Shown piece by piece: positions 40,000 to 52,953 of a DNA stretch of 64,000 bases. The stretch lies in contig JBHGNT010000018.1 of assembly GCA_043228905.1 (NCBI GenBank), forward strand, positions 7,130,001 to 7,194,000, written 5' to 3'. Below the pieces are notes generated by a model that saw nothing but the letters and a program-made list of their open reading frames with translations, did not search any database and was not told the DNA's origin. Positions within the stretch are counted from its first letter, which is position 1, and each line of letters starts with the position of its first letter. The position numbers and the translations under genes were made by a program. This DNA comes from Azolla caroliniana. Its lineage: Eukaryota; Plantae; Polypodiophyta.

Positions 40000-42900
40000 T
40001 TTGTACATAATCATCTTGTTTGTAAAATTTTATAACTAATGGAAGGAGTTTTCTTGGAAAAAAAAAGAAAGTCGGTTCATAATGTAAACTAATTGCTCCA
40101 TCAACATGTGCAAGGGTAGTTGATACCCTCTCTCCCCTATTTCACTAGCTATAGGTGTGTTTCCACACAAACTCATGCGAAGCAAATTGACAAGGCATTT
40201 TCCCATTGTATATTTTTTTAGCTAGAATTAACCTTCCTATTTAACAATGAGGTCATGCATGTCGAAGGATGGTCAATTGTTGTGGTCTAGGTTCAAAATT
40301 TGCTCATTAATGGTGTCAAGTGTGTTATCAATTGGTCATATCTTGTAGTCCTAAGAATATGCAAGGGTTTAGTAATCACCAACTTCAAATATTGCCTTTA
40401 GATCCACTTCTTGCAATTAGGTGAGGCGTCATTGTCTATGACCCGTTATGCACACCCCAAAAATGACAAAAGAGTTTAAGAAATAGAGTTTAACAATCCA
40501 CAATGGTTCTTTTTTATATTCAACAACATCCACATTTACAATGGCACCATGAGGTGTGTCATATAGGTAAACACAACAGGTCTCTATATGGCTATTCATA
40601 TTTAATTATTTGTTGGTTAGGTCACCTTAGTAAGAGGTCTTGTCCTTCCTAACATGCTATACAATTATTTATGTATGAGTTATCTTTTATACCACTATTA
40701 TAACAATGTCCTTTTGTTCATTTCAAACCCGATAAATCAATAACCAATTCCTTTGACTCATCGTGTTTCAACTCGCTCCATTATTTAGAAGCCAAGGTCT
40801 CTTGCTAAAAATTTATTTATTTATGACTTATGTTTTATACCACTATTATAACAATGTCTTTTTGTTCATTTCAATCCCAATGAATCAAAAACCAATTCCT
40901 TCAACTCATCATGTTTCAACTCGCTCCATTATTTAGAAGCCAAGGTCTCTTGATGCACCCCACTTGAGTGCACTTTTGTGAGCAGTGGAATTATCCACTT
41001 TCTCCATTAGCTACAACTTTGATTCCTCATCTTCAATTGAATGTGTGTAAGTCCTTGTTGACTTGTTGAACCCAAATCAAAGGTGATGATGTTTTGGCTT
41101 TCAACATTACAATCTTGAGTCGTGTATCCTATGTTTCCATCTTATGATATCTTGCAATGAAGAACCTTTTAGCTATACTTCTGTCCTTCCCTCTACCTTC
41201 TCTAGTTGAGATGACATATTCAATATTTGATTGTTAGCATGACCTTATCTGCATTCTTCTTTTTGGAGCAAAGCTAATAACTCCTCTGAGACAATGGGGT
41301 TTCTCAATTGAGACGAGTCTATGTTATGACTAAGCCATTGTACATTTAGGGTTGCAAGCAAATAGATCTTCACACCAACTCTACACAAAATTGCATCAAG
41401 ACGATGGTAGATATTTTATCATGATGATTCTTTATCTTCATTATAGACATTTTGGGATTTTGAGATCCTAGATTCATTTCTCATCCCATAATGATCCCCA
41501 AGGAACATCTAGCCATCTAGTACCTTCGACATACATCAACATGGAATCAAGTTTTTCAATAACAATGCCATATAGTGCATATGCGTCATGGTTAAGAAAC
41601 TCCTCTATGTTTTGAGTAAACCTTCTTGTCAAATTTAGGTCTACTACTCATTATAGCCATATAGAGTCTAATAATGGTGTCTAGGAAGGAGCTCATATGT
41701 CTCCAACATTATGGGCATCTTAAACTTCCACAATGTGCAATTCATCTTGTCAAGCTTCCCCTCGGGCATTATTGGTGGTTGTGACCTCAATCCACTGGGA
41801 ATCCCACTTGCACTTGCACTAGTTACTAGGTTTACTTGCACAACCCAACCTATCTCTTTGTTGTTTTATCATCATCTTCTCACCAAACTATCTCTTCCTA
41901 TACACCTCTTGTATGGTTAGTGTTGAACCTCAAAATTATGATACCATTTTGTAAGAAGAGTATTATACATATAATATTAGATGGTGCAAGAGAAAATGCA
42001 ATGGGTCAAGGACACAACATATACTTGGCATGATTAGAATAGGAAGCTTGATGCAATGAGAGCAACAAAGCATGTGCAAAATTGATTAATTTTAAATATT
42101 ATTCTTTCATACACTCCTTTTCCAATCGAAACCTATCCTTGGTTTAGAGGTAGTTCACCCAATGAACTAGAGGCAGCGAGAGTCAAATGCTTGCTAATAA
42201 ATGTTAAGAAGGAATTGGCGTGTGAGTTTCTGTTAAAAGATATAATAGAATTATGGATCTTTGGTTTTAACTTGTGGAATGGCCTAATGATCTCATATTC
42301 TATTAGAAAATGTTTTACATGTTCGAACCAAACACAAAGAAGTCCAATACGTTGTGTTTGGGAAAAGGTGATTGAAGGGTTCGTAGATCTCATGTATATC
42401 AAAGTTGAAGACCAAACTACATATTTCCTCACAAACGCTCTTCCTAAATATAGGTACATCAAATCCCCCAAAAAACTTTAGCTTCATCATATAAATATGT
42501 GCTTGAGAGGGAATGTTCATTAAAACATATAGGCGCATATTTCATGAGTATCAATCAACTATATTGATCAAGAGTTTATCTCGATGTTAACCAAGAACAT
42601 CTTTATTATGAATTAATGGCTATACCACTACAATAGATGGGGTTGTGTAGAAACCAAATCTTATATATGATGTTCTCATTACTTCTTGTTGACAAAAAGT
42701 TCTAGGGTTTCTCTTTTTCTTAACTTTCCAATTCTACTATGTGTCAACCATAACTTTTTCTTTTCATAAGCGCACCTTCGCTTCGAGCTAATTTTCATCC
42801 ACTTTCTAGTTTTTTTCCCGATGTGAAGTGAGACACATTTATATTAATTCGGGTGCGACGTGGATACATGCCACTAATTCCACATTTATCGTTTCTTAAT

Positions 42901-43660
42901 TGATATATAATAATTACATCGATTCTCTTGTATTAATATAACCAATGACTTATAACAACGAGATCTTGGTTTAAATCAAGATAAACTCTTGTTTGTATAT
43001 TGACCAAGTATATGCTAGTAAGTTTGATTTTGGATGGTTGTCACATTCCATTTTACTAATATATTGTGCCCTGACCACCTACTAACATGTAGTTTGTAAA
43101 TACATGAGAGAAATTTTTTTTTGTTGATTGTTGTTATTTCTCCACCACTTCTTCATGTATTGGTACTATGAGATTCTCTAAAAACAATTTATGCATTAAC
43201 GTCCACCATGACAAGCAAACACATCTTTTGCAACTATTCACATTAGTTAGATATTATGCATTCTATAGATTTCCCACTAGATTGAATTGACTCAGTGATC
43301 TTGGCCTTGTTTGCAAGTATGAAAATGTACATTTCACTCAACACTTAGATCTCCAGTACTTGGACATGCAATAAAACAATCTGTGAGGAATGCAACTATT
43401 ACTAAAGCATTAGCATGTCATAACATATCAATTAAGTAATATTATGAATTAAACCTCATAATATGGTCAGATGGATATAACATAGAAAGGTAAACGATTC
43501 TAAGTTGGGGAGTTTCTAGATATGCTATTGGCACACATATCATAGGCATATTTTGACGTCCTTTTTGTTGAAATATGGAAATGTGCCTACATGTGAGCTT
43601 TAGTTGATTGGGTGTATACGACATGTGATGCCACATTGGTTTTGAAATTTAATTCCGAAT
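40000..43660. mobile_element. Ancient degraded LTR-retrotransposon debris (gypsy- and copia-like fragments); ~148-bp tandem duplication at ~40670-40952
   Basis: Only broken motifs, e.g. KVEDQTTYFLTNALP resembling copia RNase H DQ-ADIFTKAL. The duplication is directly visible. Confidence 0.45.
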
Positions 43661-46600
43661 TCCCTAATTGAAGTATAAAGAAAAAAGTTATTCTCAAATT
43701 ACTAGAGTGATTGTAAGTTAGCAATGTGAACTTGGTAAAAACAAAATTGTGATTGGGTGCTTTTGAGTTTCGATGGATTTTGGATAGTCAAAATAAGGTG
43801 ATTTTGGATAACTAGCAGAAATTGTTGGACAAGGCATGGAAGATTGATAAGACACAATTGTTCATTGACTAGATGATGTATTGTATTTGTGATAAGAGAG
43901 AATAACCAACCGATGGGATTCAATGGTTTGACCAAGAAGACGTGTTACAATAGGTATTGAAAACATATGTTTGTAGGAAGTGTGGATTTACTCTTTACTC
44001 TCTTAGAAGTTAGGAATAGGTATGCATTGTTACCTATATGATCAAAACATTGTAATCTTTCTTAATGAAATTCCTAGCTTTGTAATTTATTGGTACAAGG
44101 AAAATTTTACCTAGAAATGTTCAAGATTTCTGAGCCCTAGTATAAAATAGAAAAAAATAAAATGGAAAATCCCAACAGAAAAGTGAATACTTCTTTGATT
44201 GATTATGTATTGCCTTTATTGAAAGAATAAGTAAAGTTATCACAGTAAACTTAAAAAGATGGGAATGCTCGATAAGTTGAAAGCTTCAGTGATTTTATTA
44301 TATGTCAAATATATTGGAAAAACAAGAAAAAGAAACTCTACTTCAGTTCATCTACCATGTTGTTTCCCTAGGGCATGGCCTACACATTTGTGTTCATCCA
44401 ATTCCCATGCCTAACCCATGCTCTCGTTTGTTCCCAATGCATCATCTACAAATGAATCCAATCCATTTAGCATTATAGAAAGGAAAGTGATCTCATCATA
44501 TGTGTTATCACCAAAGTTTCCGATGGAAAAAGCATGAACCTTGAAACTTGTCACTTATGATTGCCTCATATGAAACGCTGCAATTTGTTCCTCCTTTTCT
44601 TAAATTTTGTATATGCGTTCAATCATAATATTATTTTCTCTACCCCAAGTTGATCGTGCTAGATTGTCTCGCTTCCCACTAATATCGTTTTCATATGTTG
44701 AGTGCATTTAAATTCGTATCCCTAAATATATTATGCATTTGTACAGTTTGATAATTCTAAGTGCAAAACATATGGGAAACATATGGCAAAACTTTCCCCG
44801 ACAAATTGTCATCATCATTTCCACTTGCACATTGCTCCATTTTAAAAGCAATTCCTTGTCTTTTCATTCTTTAAATAGAAAACATTGAATAGACCATGAT
44901 CTATGTCTCCAATGGTAACTAAATGAGTACACGTAGACAACTAAGTGTTATAAGAAATTATATTACACTACGAGTCACTTTATATATGAAACAATGTTAA
45001 TGGTGCCCATCACCTAAAACCATGTTCCTATGGCATTCTGTCATCATCATTATTATTTATATTAGTTTCCTTAGTAAATGAGCTCGATTATCTCATTAGA
45101 AATATAGTCGTATGTGTGAAATTTAGATTTTGAATTCAAGTCTTGCACCATACTTATTCTATAGTCATAAAGGTGCTAAAGCGACATTAAAAATCTTCCC
45201 AACAACCAGACAATACAACTCAGACATTGTTAGTTACTGAACACATGCATGTTCTATGTTTAGATTCATCCATAAATGACCTACGTCCTCCAACAATATA
45301 CATTTGACTTATATCATTATGTAGCCTTCATGTTATGCCCATATCATTTCATTAAGAATGCCATAAAGCTCAAAGTACCGACAAACATTATATCATAATC
45401 TCGCGACATAATTAGTTAACTTATACCTTGTGATTATTAATCTCACAAGGTGGTTGATTGTCATCACAATTAAGCGTATGAGCTTTCAAATTGAGTTAAA
45501 CATCATGCTTCATTATAGATTATCATTCTAAAGTATTGCAAACAAAAGTATCAATACTTCCATATAATATAAATGTTTAAACTATGTTTGATATTGATAT
45601 ACAGCTTGGGAGTTTAACCTAAAAATAAAACAATACTTTGGAAAAGCTTTCTACCTTGGCCACAAAGTCATATGACGAAAACCACTCTCAAGGCAACCAC
45701 AATCTCGTGGCTTTTGAATTGTTTGTGATGTTCATAGACAAGATGTAGGTTTTTATCTCATGGTGCATTTTGGTAGAGATGTTTTATCATCAAAGACCTG
45801 AAGTTTATGCGAGATTTCTAACCATAAAGTATTTGCCAATTTCAGACATTGTAGAATGAGTTCCATCATATATCCTTAATCAAAACTACAAAAGGACATG
45901 AATGCGCTTAAGTAAAAATGTGATTGTGATTGTGATTGAATGGAATGTGAATGTGAAATTATGTTTGACCGTGATAATACATGGATTAGAGAATATTTAA
46001 CATAATTCATAAATATTGCAAATATATTGTGCTCCTTGACAAACTATGTTAAAAGTATCACGTTATATCGTAGCATAGGCTTGTTGTTAGCATATATGAT
46101 ATCCATCACCGGTCAATATCAAGTATTCAATCTAACTTTTTATATAACAAGTTGTCATACACCTTTTCGAGATTTCCAAAGTAGAGACATATGCATGTCA
46201 TTTAACTAGGAGATGAGTTGATACCACTCTAAATGATGTGATCTTATTATTTCACAAAATAAACAAAATCATAAAGTGTTGATTCCAATATAAGTTTCAA
46301 TCCATGTTACTAATTATGAGAGAATGGACCAGTACGCACTAGTCTATTCAAGTCTTACCTCTCGCTATGTTCTCTCTCTACATGTATATATCAATATGTA
46401 GTTTGATCCAAATGTGTTAATACTTGTTGGTAGGACCTACACGCTATATGTAGCTTAATGCAGTTCAATGAGTTATTCATACATATATAGAAGAAATTTG
46501 AAAGAAGGGTCCACAAATGCATTATAGATTGTAAATGTGTATGCGGCAAATAAAAACCTCGAAAGAAATTTGTCTAAGATGCAAGTCAACTAACAAGTTA

Positions 46601-47947
46601 CGCGTTTAAGTCAGTACATAGTTAACATCAACAGAAAATATGCATTATTATTATTGTAGAGAAGACACCACAAACATATGTTGAAAATTATATGTATATT
46701 AAGGCTAGAGTAGATTTATTAACAATTCAATGGCCTTTTGTGGTGATGGTATGACTATAGCGATCCACAGTCACTATATTTTGAGCACACACATTAATGA
46801 GTTAATTAAGGCTTAGAGAGTAGGTCCAACATAGATCTTTGAATATAGAAATGACTACAGTCTAAACACTTATGTTTGGGCACATACATAGGGTTTGTGA
46901 ATAGTCAAATTACTTGCATCCTTGTCCATCTCACTTTCCTCTCCATTTTTAGATCTATGGATCACCTCCATGTGATGGATAATCTATGGTTAGTATTTTG
47001 TAATGTCATACCAAACCTAATGCACAAGCTAGACGTGGTGGGCATAATCTGTAATTCATGAGTGCCTCTAACAAGCAAAGCAACCTTAAGCCAAGGGTTT
47101 ATGGACCAATGGTGAAGAGTAAGGTCTTGATTGTAAGAGCAAAGGTAGTGTGGTAGCTTTCACAATTTGTAATGGTCGATGACCACAAATTGGAAGTTGA
47201 GACAAATTACGTAGTAGATTGAAGACATGCTACATGGCTACTAATGGTGGTTGTTTGTATGCAATATATGAAGGTGATGGAGTATTGAGTGGTTACTACG
47301 TGTGAAGTAAACAAAAGTGAGAAACTTGACAAAGTTGAGTAAAGATGAACACATGATACTAAATACATTCACATGCAATGCTAGGCACTTTTCCTTGTTG
47401 ATATGGTCAAAATCAAGCGGGTGCGGAAAATAAGACGATATATCTTGGAGTAACTTTGCCTTGGGATAGCTTTGCATCTAACATGTAAGAACTTCGCCTT
47501 TTAAGTTTTAAGCGTGGCAACAATTGATTGGGCGTGAAAAATAAGTATAATGTCAAAAGGGCGAGTAGTAAAGAAGGCTTTGCTTGGTAACGAGGATACC
47601 ACCCCACCATATGCCACGTCCATGCCTACAAATAATGCTTTTGGGTCGACTATAAGGTGGGTCCAACCTTTTTTTATTATCATTTCTAATGAAAATGGTG
47701 GCCTCTTGTGAGTTGGCCCATACATGATTCTCGAGTTGATGAAGGTGAGATGAAGAAGTTGCACATGGATCCTATCTTCATTTTAACAAACTCACTAGTA
47801 AGGTCACAAATCTCGTCGGTTGTACTGATCTAAAAATGCCTTATGCATTAGGGCATAATTTTGTCACCAAGAAAAATCGAAACAAAAGTATACGCACAAA
47901 CCCACATCAAAAGACATGGGCATGAGCACAATCAAGCATAATTTTTA

Positions 47948-48500
47948 GACTTTGCCGATACACCGAGTCGAATGGGCATGAGAATTTGCCGATACACTGA
48001 GTCGAATGAGCTTGCTTGCATTCAAACACATAAAGCTAAAATATATAGATTGCTCATGGGTGGACACATGTGCGGGTTTTCTTTTGGGATGGCTGCCGAT
48101 GATGAGACGAGCAGGTTTGGGGTGGTTTTCAGATGACTAGGAAGAGTGAGAGAGTCCGAGGAGGAAGCGTAGAGAAGGAGGAGAGAGCGGGGCGGGGGCC
48201 AACGTGGGATTACAATACATAGTTGAAACCCCGATGTGTCGGCGAAAGTTAGGGGGTGGGGAAGTCCGAAGGGGGGTTGAGCCATGATTGATTGATCACA
48301 TGTATGTATGTTATGTCAAAATTTTAAAAAATGCTGGTTTTGTTAATGCAAAGATGTATGTAGGTAGTAGTAGTTACTAATAGTGAGGAACAAAATACAT
48401 ACATATGGTAAGGATTTGGTAGATCTTTCTTGTCTCTCAATGGAAGACATGGTATGGACCACAGACCAAAAAGCCATAGCTGCTATGTCACTTTGTCTCC
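47948..48500 (+). promoter_or_regulatory. Putative auxin-response elements upstream of Aux/IAA
   Basis: TGTCGG at ~48237, TGTCTC at ~48431 and ~48494, duplicated TTTGCCGATACAC.GAGTCGAATG at ~47951 and ~47985. Function is inferred. Confidence 0.4.
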
Positions 48501-48502
48501 CC

Positions 48503-48546
<44 letters not shown>

Positions 48547-48790
48547 TTCTTCTTCTTCTTCTTCTTCTTCCTTCCTTTTTATCCCTCCCTTCCTCTCCCC
48601 TGTCTTTCCTCTGTTTCTCCCTCTTCACCATAGCCATAAGCCATTGCCATTGCCCCTGCTCCACCCATTACACATTTGCACCTCTTTCTCAAATTCCCTG
48701 CACAGCCCACATACTCTAAACTCCTCTGCTTTCCTTCTTCGCCCCCCATTGCCAGATCTGCCCCCCCCCCCCCCCCTCTGCTGGTATACT

Positions 48791-51111
48791 ATGACTCAGA
48801 GCTCCGAGAACAGCGGTCCTCTACTCACAGAGCATGATTATATCGGCTTGTCTGACATCTCCTCTGCCCCTCCTGCTAAAACCAGCCCTTCCGATGGTGA
48901 ATACCTGGGCTTAGATTTAGGATTAGGGCTAGAGCTAGGGTTAGGGTTAGAATTAGGGCTGGGCTTAGGGTTAGGGGTTGTTGCTTCACAGGAAACCTCT
49001 GCAGATGGGAAATCTGTACGCGCCGTTAACGAATCTAGCAAGAAGAACGGTTCTGTCAAGAGAGGATATGCCGAATCCATTAATGTATCTGTGAAAACCC
49101 TGACTCCTCAGCAGAAACCATCTTTTCTTCCATCATCTTGGGCTCCTCCTCCATTAATAACGCAAGAAGTATCAGAAAGAGCTTCTGATGATGATTATAC
49201 TCCTCCTCCCCCCTCCAAGTAAGTGGATTTCTTTCGCCTTTCTTCCTTCTTCTTTGTCATGCCTATTTCTTCCAAGATTTACAAGTTTCCTGGGTAATAT
49301 GCAATTCGTAAGGTTGTTGAATAGATCAATCTCATCTTCTTCTTCATAAGTCTATTTTCTTCTCCATAGAGTCCAGAAGATTATGCTTTTAATACATACA
49401 AACAGACACATGCACACACATACATATCTCCATCATTACCATGTTTCATTTCCACTCTAGGATCATTCTGAAGCATGTGTTTCATATTTGGGTCATCATA
49501 TATGATAAGAATGCTAAAAGGGCAACTCTTTTGAAGTAATCTCTCTCTCTCTCTCATTGGTCGATTTTGGTCTTAGAAGACGTTAATATATCATTCATTC
49601 ATTCATTCTCTCTCTCTCTCTCTCTCTCTCAAGGATACTATAAAGACAGTGTTTTGAAGTAGTGCGGATAGGTATTTTCTCTCCCTCTCTAAAACAAAGT
49701 TAGTTAGATGTATCGGTTAAACTTTGTAGATATTGATGAGGGGGTTGCATGTTCAAATCAGGATAAATCTGTTGCCCTCCCCCAGATATTGATATGTCTT
49801 CATGATCATCGACACACACATGCACTCCCTCTGTTCCATGTTTCCTGATGAATTGATCTCTCTTGGCTTTGTTCTACAGGGAACGAGTTGTTGGATGGCC
49901 TCCCGTTCGGTCCTATAGAAGGCAAACTCTGAGTAAACCAGTTGAGATGTTTGTTAAAGTGAACATGGATGGCATTGCAGTCGGAAGAAAACTTGACCTT
50001 AATGCCTACAGTTCTTACGAGGGACTTCTTCATGCTTTGGAAGACATGTTTCAACCATCCAACAATGGTAAATTGAATCATCTTCCCCTTTCTCAAGAAA
50101 CGGAAAGAAGGATAAGGGTGCTTGTTTTTAAAATTATTATATATGTCATTCTGTAAGTGATGATTAGTGAGATGTCGGCTTTTTACGGCGTAAGGAGAGA
50201 TGTGGTCCTCAGATTTTTATGGCTTAAGGAGAGATGTGAGCCTTGGTTTTAATGGCACAAGGAGAGATGGGGGCATGAGATTTTTAGGGCGTAAGAGGAC
50301 AAGTGAACATCTATTTTTCTGGCCTAATGAAATAGGTGGGCATCAGGCTTTATGGCCTAATGAGTGATTTGGGCATAAGGTTTTATGGATGAGTGACAGA
50401 TTTGGGTTTTATGGCTGAACGAGGAATGTGAGTTTATGGCCCAATGAGAGATGTGGGTATCAACTTTAATATAGCCTAAAGAGGGATCGGGGAATCCTTT
50501 TTTTTATGTCCTAATGAGGGATTGGTTTTTATATCCTAGTGTGAGATGTGGACATCAGTTGGCCTTATAAGAGTTGTGGGCAGTGGTTTCATATCCTTGT
50601 AAGATATAATCATTGGTTTTATAGTGTAATATATGTAGGCAGTAGCATCAATGGTGTTTCGTTCTCTAAACTAAACTGTTTTCCTTCCAATTGCAGCCCA
50701 AGGCGCTTCTCAAGCACTTTGTGGAAGACACTTCCTCCTGTCGAGTGAATCTGATTTTGTTCTCACATATGAAGACAAAGATGGCGATTGGATGTTAGTT
50801 GGAGATGTGCCGTGGAGGTAATGAAACTCATCATTTTTTAAAAAGCTTTTTAATGCTTATTATAATCATCATCTTTTAACTAACATGTTTATAAACGTTT
50901 GATTTATGCAGTATGTTTGTTTCTACTGTGAAAAGGTTACGAATTACTCGTGGACCAGAATCAAATAATCCTGGTAATTATCAATAAATTAAAACCTGAT
51001 TTCATCTGTTTGTACTGCTTTCCTTTCACATCTGTGAAAAATAACCATTGAATATATTATGCACATGTGGCAGCTTCAAGAGGAACAGAGAAAGCAAGAT
51101 TCCATGTGTGA
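48791..51111 (+). CDS. IAA: Aux/IAA auxin-responsive repressor. Exons 48791-49218, 49880-50067, 50697-50817, 50912-50973, 51074-51111
   Basis: N-terminal EHDYIGLSD; LxLxL tract (domain I); KRGY; degron [11 protein letters not shown]; PB1 [14 protein letters not shown] and [18 protein letters not shown]. Splice phases consistent. Confidence 0.95.
50160..50570. repeat. Degenerate ~32-bp minisatellite in Aux/IAA intron 2
   Basis: Recurring GAGATGTGGG...TTTTATGGCCTAA units. Confidence 0.75.
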
Positions 51112-52953
51112 AAGTTGCTACTGAAGAGTGAATGTTTCGGAAAGGCTTGGCTTTATCGGTATCGGTCTTAAGACAAGTATTCTCATCGGTGATGAAATAT
51201 TTTCAAGACCTACACATTTGTCCCATATATAAACAACTTCTTTGGTGTTAAAAACACTCAACATATGCAGTACTCATGGGAAATTTTAGAGAGAAAAAAG
51301 ATGGTATTATTCAAGCTTATATGTCGGATGATGAGCAGCCGAGAAAGATGAAATGATATGGCAAAAAAAAAACCTTGTTTGCAAGAGCAGGAACAACTGG
51401 CTTAGATGGATTAAAACTTACAAAAGTGTACATAGTATATGGTTTTCCCATAGCTTTATTGGCTGGTTTTCAAACATCGTAATTGTAATTGTTTTGGAAG
51501 GCCACTTGATCAATTTTTTTTTTTCTCGTTTTGTAATATCACAAATGCTGTTAATCTGCATTTATGAATAGGATTTAGTCCTATTTTTGTGGCTAGTTCG
51601 ATTGCTTTTACAAATGGTGCCTAATAATGGTAAAAATCAAAATTTGTTTTGGTCCCTATATGATGATGTATGGATGAATGAACAGATACTACTGGAAAAA
51701 TCAATCTCACTAAAGTTTTGGTAATAGAGAACAAAGATTAACACCTAATGTGGTTGTTGGAAATATCAGTCAAGATTGTAATATATGTAAGCACCACTGT
51801 TTCTTGCTTTTCCTCGCAATCAGAGTTTAAGGAACTAACTCAATTCACGCCATTTGAGCCTTGCTGTACTCCTAATAATTGCAATTGTCTAGCAATCAAG
51901 TGTTTAGAACTAAAATCTACTGCTGATCCTAACACTAGTGTTTTCTATTGATATACACCTCAAAACTTTGCTTATGCCCTTATAGATAGTATGTGGTCAT
52001 TCATATTGATTCTAAATCAATCTAAAATTACACGCCCAAATGTGGAGTAACAAAAGTAAGGAGAATATTTTTGCAGTTGATTAAAAGTCTGGCAAATTAT
52101 TTTTTTGTGATCCCAGAGGGTGAGTACCACTATCCTATTAAATACGCTAAATGTTACATGGATGCATTAATATTATTGGACTCTCTAAATTTTCTATGAA
52201 TTTGATAACAATGACTTTACATACGACCCGTGCAATTGTTTTTACACCGACCAATGAATTTGAGTATCATAATTAACTTCTACTGCTTCAAATTTATGTG
52301 AACGGAAAGCGACTACGTATAACCTCCTGTTCTCTTTGGTTTTGTGAGAATGACACTCCTAAGTACATTTACTAAAATGAAGGGGGTTTGGTTGGGAACA
52401 AGGATCAAAATAGGGGAAGATGTATATGCACATTTCTAAGCTTTTAATGGCTTATATATTTTGTATATATACTTAAAAAACAATGCCAACTTTCAAGAAC
52501 TATAATGGAACGACATTTTTCAAACAATCCAATAGTTTATGACAAAAAAGTCAAGCGTTTTGCATCCAAATTTGGCTTTGGACGCACTATTTGTTTTTAT
52601 GTTGAACCAGGCCATCACATCTGATTTGGCCCGAAATTTGTTCTGTTTGAATAACAAATTTTGTTTGTTTACATGATGATTTCTACAATGATTATATACA
52701 AAGCAAACTCAATGCGGAGAATCAGAGCTATTTCCATTGCTCTTTTTTTTCTGATATACTACTATTCAATGATCTATCTCAATATTAATCGTCACAGATG
52801 ACAGAAAACATGAACCGATGCCAACATAGAAATAGAAGCTCTCCTTATGCTGGATCTTCTATCATATGCTGGATCTGGCAAAACGCATTGCCCTTCAAAG
52901 TTGTGCCAGAAAACATCCGAATTCCTTTTGCACTCTTGCGAGAAAGAAACATG

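Noticed and set aside
47000-47850. Possible gypsy integrase remnant
   Set aside because: Only faint hints; too degraded to call.
48383-48790. N-terminal extension of Aux/IAA
   Set aside because: In frame but made of TCA/TCT repeats and C-rich leader sequence; family homology begins after the ATG at 48791.
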